Source: Candidatus Woesearchaeota archaeon (lineage in GTDB: Archaea; Nanobdellota; Nanobdellia; Woesearchaeales; SKIA01). From it: a stretch of 64,000 nucleotides of DNA. A program made the position numbers and the translations under genes. This document shows, one piece after another, positions 19,031 through 30,778 of the stretch. How positions within the stretch are numbered: position 1 is the first letter of the stretch; every line of letters starts with the position of its first letter. Under the pieces are notes generated by a model. That model saw only the letters and a program-made list of their open reading frames with translations, was not told the origin of the DNA and did no database searches. The DNA is taken from positions 192,001 to 256,000 of the forward strand of contig JBJKRI010000005.1 of NCBI GenBank assembly GCA_046704725.1. The letters are read 5' to 3'.

Positions 19031-19933
19031 ATGGACCTGACGAAAGAGGACATCGAAGCGTACAAGAAAGCCGGCAGCATCGTCAAAGAAGCGCTGGCCT
19101 ACGGCAAGGGACTCGTCAAGCCCGGAAAGAACATGCTCGAGACGCTCCTTCTGATCGAGAAGAAGATACGCGAGCTCGGCGGAGAACCGGCGTTCCCGGC
19201 GCAAGTGAGCATCGACAACATCGCCGCGCACTGGTGCCCGGACCCCGGGAGCGAAGCCGTCTTCGAGGAAGGACAGCTCGTCAAGCTCGACATCGGCGTG
19301 CACATCGACGGACGCATCGCGGACACCGCGGTCAGCATCGACCTGTCCAAAGACGGCAAGCACGCAGCCCTCATCAAGGCCGCCGAGGACGCGCGGGACG
19401 CCGCCTTGAAGATCATGCGCCCGGGAACCACGCTCGGAGAGATCGGCAGGGTCATCCAGGACACGATCACCGCAGCGGGATTCTCACCCATACTCAACCT
19501 CTCGGGGCATGGATTAGGCGACTATGACGTGCACACCGAGCCCGGCATACCCAACTTCGACACGGGAGACGCGACGGAACTCGAAGAAGGCATGGTCGTC
19601 GCCGTCGAGCCGTTCGCCACGACAGGCAACGGTAAGGTCTATGAACAGGACGAAGGCAACATCTACAGCCTCCTGCAACGACGACCCGTGCGCAGTCCCT
19701 ACGCGCGAAACGCATTGCGCATCATCGAGAAGAACTACTCCACACTGCCGTTCTGCCTGCACTGGCTCGCCAGCGAGATGGGGGTCGGCCAGGCGAAGCT
19801 CGCGATGCGAGAGCTCATCCGTGCGGAAGCCGTGCAGGTCTATCCGCCCCTCCCCGAAGCCGGTGGCGGTATCGTCAGCCAGGCCGAGCACAGCGTCATC
19901 ATCCTGCCGGAACCCATCGTGTTCACGCGATGA
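19031..19933 (+). CDS. map: Methionine aminopeptidase type II
   Basis: AAHW.P, KLDIGVHIDG.IADTA, NLSGHG, AVEPFAT, SQAEHS. Confidence 0.95.
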   Translation: MDLTKEDIEAYKKAGSIVKEALAYGKGLVKPGKNMLETLLLIEKKIRELGGEPAFPAQVSIDNIAAHWCPDPGSEAVFEEGQLVKLDIGVHIDGRIADTAVSIDLSKDGKHAALIKAAEDARDAALKIMRPGTTLGEIGRVIQDTITAAGFSPILNLSGHGLGDYDVHTEPGIPNFDTGDATELEEGMVVAVEPFATTGNGKVYEQDEGNIYSLLQRRPVRSPYARNALRIIEKNYSTLPFCLHWLASEMGVGQAKLAMRELIRAEAVQVYPPLPEAGGGIVSQAEHSVIILPEPIVFTR

Positions 19934-19946
19934 ATCATCACGAACA

Positions 19947-20342
19947 TCATCCTTGTGCTAGGAGCGCCGCTGGTTCTGGGGCTGTACGCTCGGTTCTCCA
20001 CGCATACACAGCACTGATGACCTGCCCAAGCATGCCCAACTGAGGTTGGCCGCATTTCTCTCTTGCTCCCTCCAGAACACAAAGTAAGCTATCTAACCCG
20101 GACTGGTCATTGTCGGCAGGTTCCTCGTCCTGCCAATGCGCGCGAAGCTGTTCTTTACGGACGATGTATGTCTGCACGTGATTATCCGTGAAGACATCGA
20201 CTGTGATCGGATCGACGACCGCGCCACCGCGCGGAAGATACGAAAACAACTGTATCCTGGCCCTAGGGGTCTCGATAGCTAGACCGCACGTGTATGCGCT
20301 TCTCTCGTCCGCGCAGACGACAATGTCATCGATTTGTGCCAT
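19947..20342 (-). CDS. Hypothetical protein
   Basis: Follows hisS on the same strand. Confidence 0.5.
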   Translation of the reverse strand: MAQIDDIVVCADERSAYTCGLAIETPRARIQLFSYLPRGGAVVDPITVDVFTDNHVQTYIVRKEQLRAHWQDEEPADNDQSGLDSLLCVLEGAREKCGQPQLGMLGQVISAVYAWRTERTAPEPAALLAQG

Positions 20343-20344
20343 GT

Positions 20345-21613
20345 TCAGGAGAAATGCGAGAGGTCGAGTGAATCGAGCTCCTCGAGCGTGAGCTTGTGCT
20401 CCTCGCCCGTGGGCATGTGCTTGAGGGTCACCTTGCCCTCCTTGAGGTCGGTCGGGCCGACCACGAGGACGAACGGGATACCGAGCTTGTCGGCGTAATC
20501 GAGGTTCTTGCTGATGGAGCGACCCATGACATCGAGGTCCACGTTGATGCCGTGGCCGCGGAGCTTGTCGGCGATCTGGGCGGCCTCGCGCGGCGTCTTG
20601 ATGGGAGCGACGAAGACCTGCGTCGGCGTCTTGTCGAAGCGCTGCTTCTCGGCGAGCAAGGCGTCCGTCAACGGTTCGATGCCCAAAGAGATGCCTACTG
20701 CCGGCACTTTGGCGTCGCCGCCCATCATCTGGCCGATGATATCGTCGTAGCGGCCGCCGCCAGCGACGCTGCTGGAGATCTCCGAGTCGAGGAGCACCGC
20801 TTCGAAGACGGTGCCGGTATAGTAGTTGAGTCCGCGCGCGAGGGACGGGTCGAAACGCACATGGGCGACATCCCCCAGATAGGAGAGCAACTCACGCATC
20901 TCGGTGATGCCATCGCACTGGCCGGTGAGGTCCTCGATGGTCTTGAGCCGCCCGTTATCCGTGCCGTTGGTCAGCAATATCTCTAAGAGCTTGTCGACCT
21001 GCTCTTTCGAGCAGAAACCGGAGAGCTCCTCGCGCACCTTCTTCTCGCCCTGCTTATCGAGCTTGTCGATGGTCATCATGGCCTTGTGACCTTCCTTGAT
21101 GCCCAAGGTGGAGAAGATGGCATCGAGTATCTTGCGGTTGTTCACCCGCACCTCGAAGCCGAAGGGCAATCTGGAGAGCACGTCCACGACAACCTTGACG
21201 CACTCAGCGTCGGCGAGCATGGAGGGGGAGCCGACGATGTCGGCGTCGCACTGCCAGAACTCTCGGTAACGGCCGAGCTTGATGGGACCGTCGCGCCAGA
21301 CCCTGCCGATCTCGTAGCGCTTGAACGGCAGCTTGAGGTCCTTGTGCTCCGCGATGAAACGGCACAGAGGCACGGTCAGGTCGAAACGCAATCCCAGCTC
21401 CCGCTTGCCCTGGTCGGTGACGCGGAATATCTCGTGCATGACATCCTCGTCACCGGCGAACTTGAAGGTGAGGGTCTCAACGCGTTGCAGAGCGCCTGAT
21501 GCGAACGGGGAGAAACCGTGGCGCTCGAAAGCCGCGCGCGCTTTCCCCAGAAGGTCCTGCCGGATGAGCTGCACCTCAGGAGCAAAATCCCTGACCCCTT
21601 TTGCGGATTCCAT
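20345..21613 (-). CDS. hisS: Histidine--tRNA ligase
   Basis: LRFDLTVP, GRYREFWQCDAD, LARGLNYYTG, GGGRYD. Confidence 0.97.
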   Translation of the reverse strand: MESAKGVRDFAPEVQLIRQDLLGKARAAFERHGFSPFASGALQRVETLTFKFAGDEDVMHEIFRVTDQGKRELGLRFDLTVPLCRFIAEHKDLKLPFKRYEIGRVWRDGPIKLGRYREFWQCDADIVGSPSMLADAECVKVVVDVLSRLPFGFEVRVNNRKILDAIFSTLGIKEGHKAMMTIDKLDKQGEKKVREELSGFCSKEQVDKLLEILLTNGTDNGRLKTIEDLTGQCDGITEMRELLSYLGDVAHVRFDPSLARGLNYYTGTVFEAVLLDSEISSSVAGGGRYDDIIGQMMGGDAKVPAVGISLGIEPLTDALLAEKQRFDKTPTQVFVAPIKTPREAAQIADKLRGHGINVDLDVMGRSISKNLDYADKLGIPFVLVVGPTDLKEGKVTLKHMPTGEEHKLTLEELDSLDLSHFS

Positions 21614-21641
21614 CGTGAAGGAGTGACCGAGGGAAGGCGAT

Positions 21642-22238
21642 TTATAAGCGTTTGCTGTGCTTTCCCGTATCTTTGTGCTTGTAACGGCCGCGCAGCTCGA
21701 CCTGCTCGAGACGCTCGCGGACCGCGTCGTCCTTGCCGTAGCCTTCGAGCACAGCGTCCCAGACCGCTAGTTCGGGATGCTTGGAGGACAATGCGTGCAT
21801 GAGCAGGTGCAGGTCGACGGCCTTGTCCTCGACATCCTCCGAGAAGAACGACAACCCGAAGTCGATGAGACGGAGCTTGCCATCGACGAGGAGCACGTTG
21901 CTCGTGGTCAGGTCGCCATGGATGATTCCCTGGTCATGCAAGGATCGCACGAGCGCTCCCAACTCTTTTCCGAATCGCTCCGTATTGTCCTTGTCGAGCA
22001 CGTCGCGCAGCTGCGGCCCCTCGAGGAAGTCCATCTCGACGACCATATTCTTGTCGTCCATCCTCCGCAGACCGGGAACACCGACCTTGGAGAGGACCTT
22101 CGCCTCGCGGCGGGTGCGGAAACGGCGCAGACGATGATCGAGGTCGGGGTGGCGGTACTGCTTTTCGGGACGCACCTTGCGCACGATGCTACCATCGCGT
22201 TCGATGCGGGCCTCCGCCCCCTCCCCGATGACCTTCAC
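21642..22238 (-). CDS. bud32: KEOPS complex kinase Bud32
   Basis: GAEA, YRHP.LD, HGDLTTSN, IDFGL, VEDKAVDL, RGRY. Confidence 0.93.
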   Translation of the reverse strand: MKVIGEGAEARIERDGSIVRKVRPEKQYRHPDLDHRLRRFRTRREAKVLSKVGVPGLRRMDDKNMVVEMDFLEGPQLRDVLDKDNTERFGKELGALVRSLHDQGIIHGDLTTSNVLLVDGKLRLIDFGLSFFSEDVEDKAVDLHLLMHALSSKHPELAVWDAVLEGYGKDDAVRERLEQVELRGRYKHKDTGKHSKRL

Positions 22239-22996
22239 TCCTCCTCGTCCTCTTCCTTTTCAGGCTTGGTTGATGCCTTCTTGGGCTTGGGGGAATCGTC
22301 CTTCTCGGCGGCGAGGGCCTCGTCGAGCTCGTCCTTGAGGGACTGCAACCCCTCCGCCGGAGCGTGCACCACCTTCTCGCGCTTGGGACGCTCGGTGTAC
22401 TGCGTCTCCTCGACCTCTGCCTCCTCCTCGGAATCGCCCTGGGTGTAGCGCAATGCACGCACGTCCACCGAACGGATGGGGAAGATAGCGGACAGCTGGT
22501 CCTTCAGATGTTTTTGCAAACGCATGTTCGCCACGTCGTTGACGATCGTGTCGAACGAATACTTGGAGAGGGATTCCGCTATGAGGGTTCTGGCCTTGGA
22601 GCGCACGGCGCGCTGGACGGCGTCATCAGCGCGTGTCCGGGTCATGGCGATGAGCTTGACGCGCACACGCTGGCCCTTCTTGGTCTTCGACTCGAAACTG
22701 TCGGCGACCTTGCTGCGGCCCCTGCGCACGAGGCGCTTGAGGCTGCCCGGCTGCATCTCGATGCCGATGGTCTTGGTCTTCGCCACGCCTTCTGCGACGT
22801 TCGTGATCGCGAAATGCACGGCCATGCTCTGCTTCTTGGGATTGCCCGTCAGCGTCATGAGGTTCACGCTGACTATGCGTCCCGGCAACGCTTCGTCCTC
22901 CCAGACGTAGGTCTGGCCGAGGGATTGGTTGTTGAACACGGCAGGAGCCTGGATGTCGTACCAGCGCTTCTTGCCCTTATGGATCTTCTTCGCCAT
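22235..22996 (-). CDS. rps3ae: 30S ribosomal protein S3Ae (eS1) with charged C-terminal extension
   Basis: KKRWY.I.AP..F, LKRLVRRG.SKV, IFPIR; GGAGG RBS. Confidence 0.88.
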   Translation of the reverse strand: MAKKIHKGKKRWYDIQAPAVFNNQSLGQTYVWEDEALPGRIVSVNLMTLTGNPKKQSMAVHFAITNVAEGVAKTKTIGIEMQPGSLKRLVRRGRSKVADSFESKTKKGQRVRVKLIAMTRTRADDAVQRAVRSKARTLIAESLSKYSFDTIVNDVANMRLQKHLKDQLSAIFPIRSVDVRALRYTQGDSEEEAEVEETQYTERPKREKVVHAPAEGLQSLKDELDEALAAEKDDSPKPKKASTKPEKEEDEEE

Positions 22997-23140
22997 TGGT
23001 TTTCCTCCGGGTCCCCCATCGCTGGTAGGCATCTGCGGCCGTCTTACGGACCCGTAACGGGGCGAATCGAACGGGGTTTAAAAGCTCTCCGTCCTGCATT
23101 CCTTCCGACCGCTTATAAACAATGATTGATTGGGACTCTC

Positions 23141-23956
23141 ATGGACATACCGACGAAACGACTCTCCACAGGAAGCGACATGCCGATCCTTGGATTAGGG
23201 ACGTGGCAATTGACCGGGGAGACAGGCGTAGAGGCGGTGCGGACCGCGCTGGGCCTCGGCTTCACGCTCATCGATACCGCGGAGATGTACGGCAACCAGA
23301 AAGAGATAGGAAAGGCGATCGCCGATACCGATCGAAACTCTCTGTTCATCACCAGCAAGGTCTGGCACAGCCACCTGCACCACGATGACGTGCTCTCCGC
23401 TTGCGACAGGACGCTGAAGGAATTGGGCACGGACCACCTGGACCTGTACCTCGTCCACTGGCCGAACGCAGCAGTACCGATGGAAGAGACCTTCCAAGCG
23501 CTCAAGGAACTCGTCGACGCGGGGAAGGTCAAGAATGTCGGGGTGGCGAACTTCACGGTCGAACGATTGAAGAAGGCCCGAGACATCGCGAAGATTCCGA
23601 TCACGGTCAACCAGGTGGAATACCATCCCTTCCTGCAGCAGCGGAAGCTGCTGGCGTACTGCGAAGAGCACGATATCGCGTTGACCGCGTACAGCCCGCT
23701 CGCCCGCGGGAAGGTCCTGCATGATGGGACGCTCTTGCGCATCGGAAAAAAGCATGGTGTTGATGCAGCGCAGGTCACGCTCGCCTGGCTGCGCCAGCGA
23801 GGCATCATCGCGATACCCAAGGCGTCGAGCGAAGCGCACCTCCAGGACAATCTGGCGTCGCTGTCGGTGGAGCTGGATGACGCGGACATGGAAGCGATCG
23901 CCGTGTTGGATGCGCACGACCGGCTCGTGCGCCCCGGCTTCGCGGAATTCGACTAG
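23141..23956 (+). CDS. Aldo/keto reductase
   Basis: LGLGTW, IDTAEMYGN, DLYLVHWP, NQVEYHP, AYSPL, IPK. Confidence 0.95.
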   Translation: MDIPTKRLSTGSDMPILGLGTWQLTGETGVEAVRTALGLGFTLIDTAEMYGNQKEIGKAIADTDRNSLFITSKVWHSHLHHDDVLSACDRTLKELGTDHLDLYLVHWPNAAVPMEETFQALKELVDAGKVKNVGVANFTVERLKKARDIAKIPITVNQVEYHPFLQQRKLLAYCEEHDIALTAYSPLARGKVLHDGTLLRIGKKHGVDAAQVTLAWLRQRGIIAIPKASSEAHLQDNLASLSVELDDADMEAIAVLDAHDRLVRPGFAEFD

Positions 23957-24022
23957 AACTTTTCGGCGCGGACGAAAAAATCGCAAGGATTAAAAAGGCA
24001 ATTTCGGAAGAAACGATGCATA

Positions 24023-24433
24023 ATGAATGCACGCGCTCTGGGCGGGAGTGAGAGGTACTTCCTCAATGCGCGCATTCGTACATTCTTGTCGGACTCCATC
24101 GGCGCGATATTCCCTGACCGGGCGTTCATTCTCCCGAGAAACGTGTCTGGTGCGTCGATCATCACGCGCGGCAGCACCCTCATCACCTCTCCGGAGTACA
24201 AAACAATTCTGTCGGACGATCACTTCGGCAGATGGGGCGCGGTCGGATGGGAATACTCGCTGAAGACAGGTGTCTGGCGGTACAGGGGGAATCCTGTGTG
24301 CCTCGAGAACGCAAGATGGTATTCCGGGGGAAACGCAAAGGATCTGGCAGATTTCCTCGACAAGTCGCGCTTAGCACGGCTCGTCAACGTCCAGGAACCA
24401 CCACGCCCCGCAACCAAACCGTACGCGGCGTGA
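24023..24433 (+). CDS. Hypothetical protein
   Basis: Fills intergenic space, convergent with gyrB. Confidence 0.45.
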   Translation: MNARALGGSERYFLNARIRTFLSDSIGAIFPDRAFILPRNVSGASIITRGSTLITSPEYKTILSDDHFGRWGAVGWEYSLKTGVWRYRGNPVCLENARWYSGGNAKDLADFLDKSRLARLVNVQEPPRPATKPYAA

Positions 24434-24436
24434 ATC

Positions 24437-26401
<1,965 letters not shown>

Positions 26402-26480
26402 TTATTCCGGCATTTCAGGAGAGGTGTTGGGTGGCAACTGAATCCTTAAATAGTACTTGGCTCTCCTCACAAGTGGTCAC

Positions 26481-27857
26481 ATGGTGCTAAAGTACGGTGG
26501 ATACACGTTCGACACGATCGATACCGACAGCGCCGTCCTGAAGCATCCAGGATTCCGCAGGCAATTCCAGATCATGCAGCTGGGACAGATTGAAGCTATC
26601 CATTCCGGCGCAACGCAGATGCGCTATGATCATGGCGAAGTATCTTCGTACATTGATTATCATATGTATATGGTTCTCGCGTCCAAAGGTCGTGAACCTC
26701 CTGTGGCAAGAAATGATTCTGTGCTCCATACGCGAGTGCATGATATCGGTCACATGACCTACTCCCATCTTACGGAATACTTAATCAAGGCGCGCACAGG
26801 TATCGATCACCATGAAAACGGTGTGCGTATCCTTACTTCACACCTTCGGGACAGCAGGGGACGAACCTTACTCGATGCGATAGAGAGCGATGGCGGAAGC
26901 CCTGACATCGTGCTGGCGATGATGCGTGGAGACCCTGCATACCTTTCCGCGACGGATCTCTGTCGCAACAAAGCCCTGGGTGCTGATAAGCTCGCATACA
27001 CCTGGCAGGATGCACTGCGAGTGAATTTCGACCAGTTGCCTCCAAGCTGGGAAAAGCTCATCACATCTCTGACCTTCGTCGACTCCGGTCTGGGCGTAGA
27101 TATCAACTCGCACGACGGTCGCTTCAACGATCCAATCGGCGTTGTGGAAGCGATGCAGAATTTCTATCAGCGCATGTACACGGAGGTATACCTCCATCCA
27201 GCAAGTCTCTCGCTGGAACGGAGCATCCAACGCGCTCTCGAGCACTCGATGAACGGGGGCGCATTCACCCCACTCGAAGTCCTCGACTTCACCGACGGTG
27301 CGCTCATAAATCGAATCAAAGACGCGGAGGTAGCGAATGACCACATCCGTCAGGCGCACCACCACATTAGCGCATACATCGAACGTTCTCCTTGGGAGAG
27401 CGTGGTCGCGTTCAAATTGGATGTCCGGTCGAAGCTCCGCGAAGAGGCAGCATTTGAGATTGACCCTGGATTCAAGACCCAGTTCCTGAATCGTTTCCAA
27501 GATCCGCAAGAGCTCACGAGACTTGAAGAGAGACTCTCAAGCGAGCTCAAACACGAGGTCCTTATCTCGGTATTGCCGGATCCGGAAAAGGTCTACCCGA
27601 TAGACATTCCGCTCTACGCGGGAGCGAGGATGGTGGATACGCTCCAGAATCTCGATCCATCGCACTTCGACCGTCTCAACTCCCAGGCGAACCGCACTTT
27701 TGCTATCCGAGTGCTCACACACCCAGGCACGCACGAGCAGATGCTGAATCGTGCCGATGAGATCGCAGAGAAGTTCAACGGGGTGGCCCGAGAATTCATG
27801 GAACAGACCGAACTGAAACTGCCGCCTGCGAAGGGAACTGCCTCAACTATCCGATAG
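26481..27857 (+). CDS. HD-domain phosphohydrolase (dNTPase/SAMHD1-like architecture, diverged)
   Basis: QLG...HSGATQMRYDH, HDIGH.TYSH, ADKLAY, MY.EVYLH. Confidence 0.75.
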   Translation: MVLKYGGYTFDTIDTDSAVLKHPGFRRQFQIMQLGQIEAIHSGATQMRYDHGEVSSYIDYHMYMVLASKGREPPVARNDSVLHTRVHDIGHMTYSHLTEYLIKARTGIDHHENGVRILTSHLRDSRGRTLLDAIESDGGSPDIVLAMMRGDPAYLSATDLCRNKALGADKLAYTWQDALRVNFDQLPPSWEKLITSLTFVDSGLGVDINSHDGRFNDPIGVVEAMQNFYQRMYTEVYLHPASLSLERSIQRALEHSMNGGAFTPLEVLDFTDGALINRIKDAEVANDHIRQAHHHISAYIERSPWESVVAFKLDVRSKLREEAAFEIDPGFKTQFLNRFQDPQELTRLEERLSSELKHEVLISVLPDPEKVYPIDIPLYAGARMVDTLQNLDPSHFDRLNSQANRTFAIRVLTHPGTHEQMLNRADEIAEKFNGVAREFMEQTELKLPPAKGTASTIR

Positions 27858-28125
27858 CGCGGCGGACGTCGACCGTCTCGCAGCTCATGACGCCGTCGAG
27901 CGCCTCGATCTCCTTCTCGAGAGAATCAGGGGAACCGAGGTTCTCGTCCATGACGAACGTGATCTTCAATGCCTTCAAGCCGAAGGCGACAGGCTCGACC
28001 TCGGAACGCGTCTCTCCCTTGCCGGCGAACGACGCGATACGCTCGATGGCCTGGTCGCGAAGCGCGTCCAGGTCGGCCTCGACCTGGTCGGGCATAATCT
28101 TGACGGTGACGACGGCGTTTGCCAT
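27847..28125 (-). CDS. ef1b: Translation elongation factor 1-beta
   Basis: KIMP...DLD.L, EPVAFGLKAL. Confidence 0.92.
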   Translation of the reverse strand: MANAVVTVKIMPDQVEADLDALRDQAIERIASFAGKGETRSEVEPVAFGLKALKITFVMDENLGSPDSLEKEIEALDGVMSCETVDVRRAIG

Positions 28126-28220
28126 GCTTTCCGCAAACCGGGGGCTCTTTAAGAACATACCGTTTTCTGCATGGAACCTTCTTGCACAGGGTTTTAGAAG
28201 CGCGAACGCATAGGGCACCT

Positions 28221-28922
28221 ATGCTCGGACACACGTATATCGACCGTGGGACGGAAAAGACCGTCGTGCTCCTGCATGGTATCGCGTCGGACCGTACGCA
28301 ATTGCGGAGATTCTGGGACCTGCCCTACAACATCCTGGCTGTGGACCTGTTCAACGAAGGCACGCGCCTGGAACGCGTGCGTCCCGACATCGAGGAGTTG
28401 CTGGCGCTCCACCACGTGGAACGATTCGTGCTCGTGGGCTACAGCCTCGGAGGGTACGTCGCGCAATACTTGCTGGTCAAGGGCATGCGGCCCGAAGCGG
28501 TGGTGCTCATCGCCGCAGGGGTGCGGCTGCCGCACGGACGGCTCATGCACAACATCGAATCGCTCAACACGGCGTCGCCGGATCGGACGCAGCGAGCGCT
28601 CGCGCGCATCATCACGTGGTACCGGTCGGTGCGCGGCGAGCCGCCCGAAAGACCTCCGACGCCCGAGGATATCCAATCGACTCTCTCGTTCCTGTCCGCG
28701 CTGGACGAGCACGACTTCGGGAAGGAGCTGGAAGGATTGTCCGTGCTCACGCTCGTCCTGCAAGGGAGCGGGGATTGGGTCGTTCCGGCATCGCTCGCCA
28801 GGCCGTTGGCGAAGACGCTCCAAAAAGCGCGCTACGTGGAATGGAAGACGGACCACAGCACCGTGATAGATGATCCTCGCTCGACGCGACTGCTCAGAGA
28901 ATTCCTCAGTTCGGCCCCGTGA
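28221..28922 (+). CDS. Alpha/beta fold hydrolase
   Basis: LLHG, GYSLGG nucleophile elbow, G..D.VVP, C-terminal His. Confidence 0.88.
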   Translation: MLGHTYIDRGTEKTVVLLHGIASDRTQLRRFWDLPYNILAVDLFNEGTRLERVRPDIEELLALHHVERFVLVGYSLGGYVAQYLLVKGMRPEAVVLIAAGVRLPHGRLMHNIESLNTASPDRTQRALARIITWYRSVRGEPPERPPTPEDIQSTLSFLSALDEHDFGKELEGLSVLTLVLQGSGDWVVPASLARPLAKTLQKARYVEWKTDHSTVIDDPRSTRLLREFLSSAP

Positions 28923-29070
28923 AACCGCACTTGGAGCACGTGTAGCGCACGACGATCTCGCGGCTGTGCCGGGAGCGCACAATCGTCTCCTCGCCGCAGT
29001 CCGGGCAGGGGAACTGGACAGAGCCCGCGTCGTTCGCGACGCTCTGGTTCGAAGCGTTATCCATCTTCAT
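28906..29070 (-). CDS. DUF1610/HVO_2753-type Zn-ribbon protein
   Basis: FPCPDCGE..I.R...R...Y.CSKCGFTGP; normally linked to EF-1beta. Confidence 0.8.
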   Translation of the reverse strand: MKMDNASNQSVANDAGSVQFPCPDCGEETIVRSRHSREIVVRYTCSKCGFTGPN

Positions 29071-29101
29071 ACGGGACGCGAACGGCCTTGCCTTTATAAG
29101 G

Positions 29102-30664
29102 TTAGCCGTGGCGGCGGGACGCCGCGGAGACAAGCCCCATGAACAATGGGGCCGGGCGGTCCAGCGAGCTCTTGAGCTCGGGATGCGCCTGGGTGCCGAC
29201 GAAGTACGGATGGCCGGGCAGCTCGATGAACTCGACGAGACGGCCGTTCATCCCTGCGAAGACCATGCCGTGCTCCTCGAGGGTGTCGTGATAGTCGGGA
29301 TTGACCTCGAATCGGTGCCGGTGCCGCTCGGAGACCTGCGTGCTCTTGTAGAGCGCGCGGATGATGCCGTCGCGCAGCTCCGCCTGGCACGCGCCGAGGC
29401 GCATGGTTCCACCCTTCTGGGATACCTCGAGCTGCTCGGGGAGGATGTCGATGACCGGATGGGGGGTCTTTGGATCGACCTCGGTCGTGTTCGCACCCTC
29501 CAGGCCGCAGACATTGCGCGCGAACTCCACGACCGCGAGCTGCATGCCGTAGCAGATGCCGAGGAAGGGGATGCGCTTCTCACGGCACTCCTTGATGACC
29601 GCGATCTTGCCCTCGATGCCCCGGTCGCCGAAACCGCCGGGGACGATGACGCCGTCGATGCCGTCAAGGGCGTCGGACGCGTCCGACAGGTCGGTCGTGT
29701 CTATCCACTTGAGAGCGACGCGCACCCCGAGGTGCGCCGAGCAGTGCTTGAGGGCCTCCACGATGGAGGCGTAGGAATCCTCGAGGGTCGTGTACTTTCC
29801 CGCGATGCCGATGGTGATCGCTCGACGCGCGTTCGCCAAGGCGTGCAGGCGCTCCTCCCAGCGCGGGTCGTACTTCGCCGAGAGTCTGAGACGCTGATTG
29901 AGGAAATCGAGCAGTCCTTGTTCGTGGAAGTTGCGCGGGATGTCGTAGACGTCTGGGAGGTCGTGCCCCGACACGACAAGGGAGACGCCCGTGAACATGC
30001 GGATCTTCTCCTTGATATCGTCGTCGACCGGCTCGGCGCTGCGCGTGATGATGACGTCGGGGATGATTCCTCGCTGGAGCAGGAGCTGCACGGACTGCTG
30101 GGTAGGTTTTGTCTTGTGCTCTCCCGTCCATGCAGGCTTGGGAACATAGGTGAGATGGACGAACAGCGCGTTCTCCTTGCCCAGCTCGATTGCGAGCTGC
30201 CGGGCGGCCTCGTAGTACAATTCGGCCTCCATGTCGCCGACCGTGCCGCCGATCTCGAGGAGCGTGACATCGCCATCCTGTCCGAGCGTCCTGATGGTCT
30301 CCTTGATGTGGTCCACGACGTGCGGAAGGAGCTGCACGGTCTTGCCGAGGAAGTCGCCGCGACGCTCCTTGAGGCGGATCTCGTCATAGATGCGTCCCAT
30401 CGTGAGGCTGTGCTCTTTCCTGCAGCGCACGCCCAAGAAGCGCTCGTAATGGCCGAAGTCCATGTCCACCTCGGCGCCGTCGTCAAGCACGAAGACCTCG
30501 CCGTGCTCGAAGGGGTTCATCGTGCCGGGATCGACGTTGAGGTACCCGTCGCACTTGATGGGGACCACGCGGTACTCGCTGCTGAGGAGGCGGCCGATGC
30601 TCGCTGCGGCGACCCCCTTGCCCAGTCCGGATAGGACTCCCCCCGTGACGACAATAAGCTTCAC
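29102..30664 (-). CDS. pyrG: CTP synthase
   Basis: TGGVLSGLGKG, YLNVDPGTM.P.EHGEVF, KTKPTQ, GICYGMQ, HRHR, QAHPE. Confidence 0.97.
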   Translation of the reverse strand: MKLIVVTGGVLSGLGKGVAAASIGRLLSSEYRVVPIKCDGYLNVDPGTMNPFEHGEVFVLDDGAEVDMDFGHYERFLGVRCRKEHSLTMGRIYDEIRLKERRGDFLGKTVQLLPHVVDHIKETIRTLGQDGDVTLLEIGGTVGDMEAELYYEAARQLAIELGKENALFVHLTYVPKPAWTGEHKTKPTQQSVQLLLQRGIIPDVIITRSAEPVDDDIKEKIRMFTGVSLVVSGHDLPDVYDIPRNFHEQGLLDFLNQRLRLSAKYDPRWEERLHALANARRAITIGIAGKYTTLEDSYASIVEALKHCSAHLGVRVALKWIDTTDLSDASDALDGIDGVIVPGGFGDRGIEGKIAVIKECREKRIPFLGICYGMQLAVVEFARNVCGLEGANTTEVDPKTPHPVIDILPEQLEVSQKGGTMRLGACQAELRDGIIRALYKSTQVSERHRHRFEVNPDYHDTLEEHGMVFAGMNGRLVEFIELPGHPYFVGTQAHPELKSSLDRPAPLFMGLVSAASRRHG

Positions 30665-30778
30665 GGAATATGCCTTCGGGAACGTCGTATTTATGGATTG
30701 CTGTTGTGCGGACGGAAAATCTCCGGTTTTTCACGGGTTCGACGGAGAGCTTGCGGCCCTTCCGGACCGCCTACGGCT

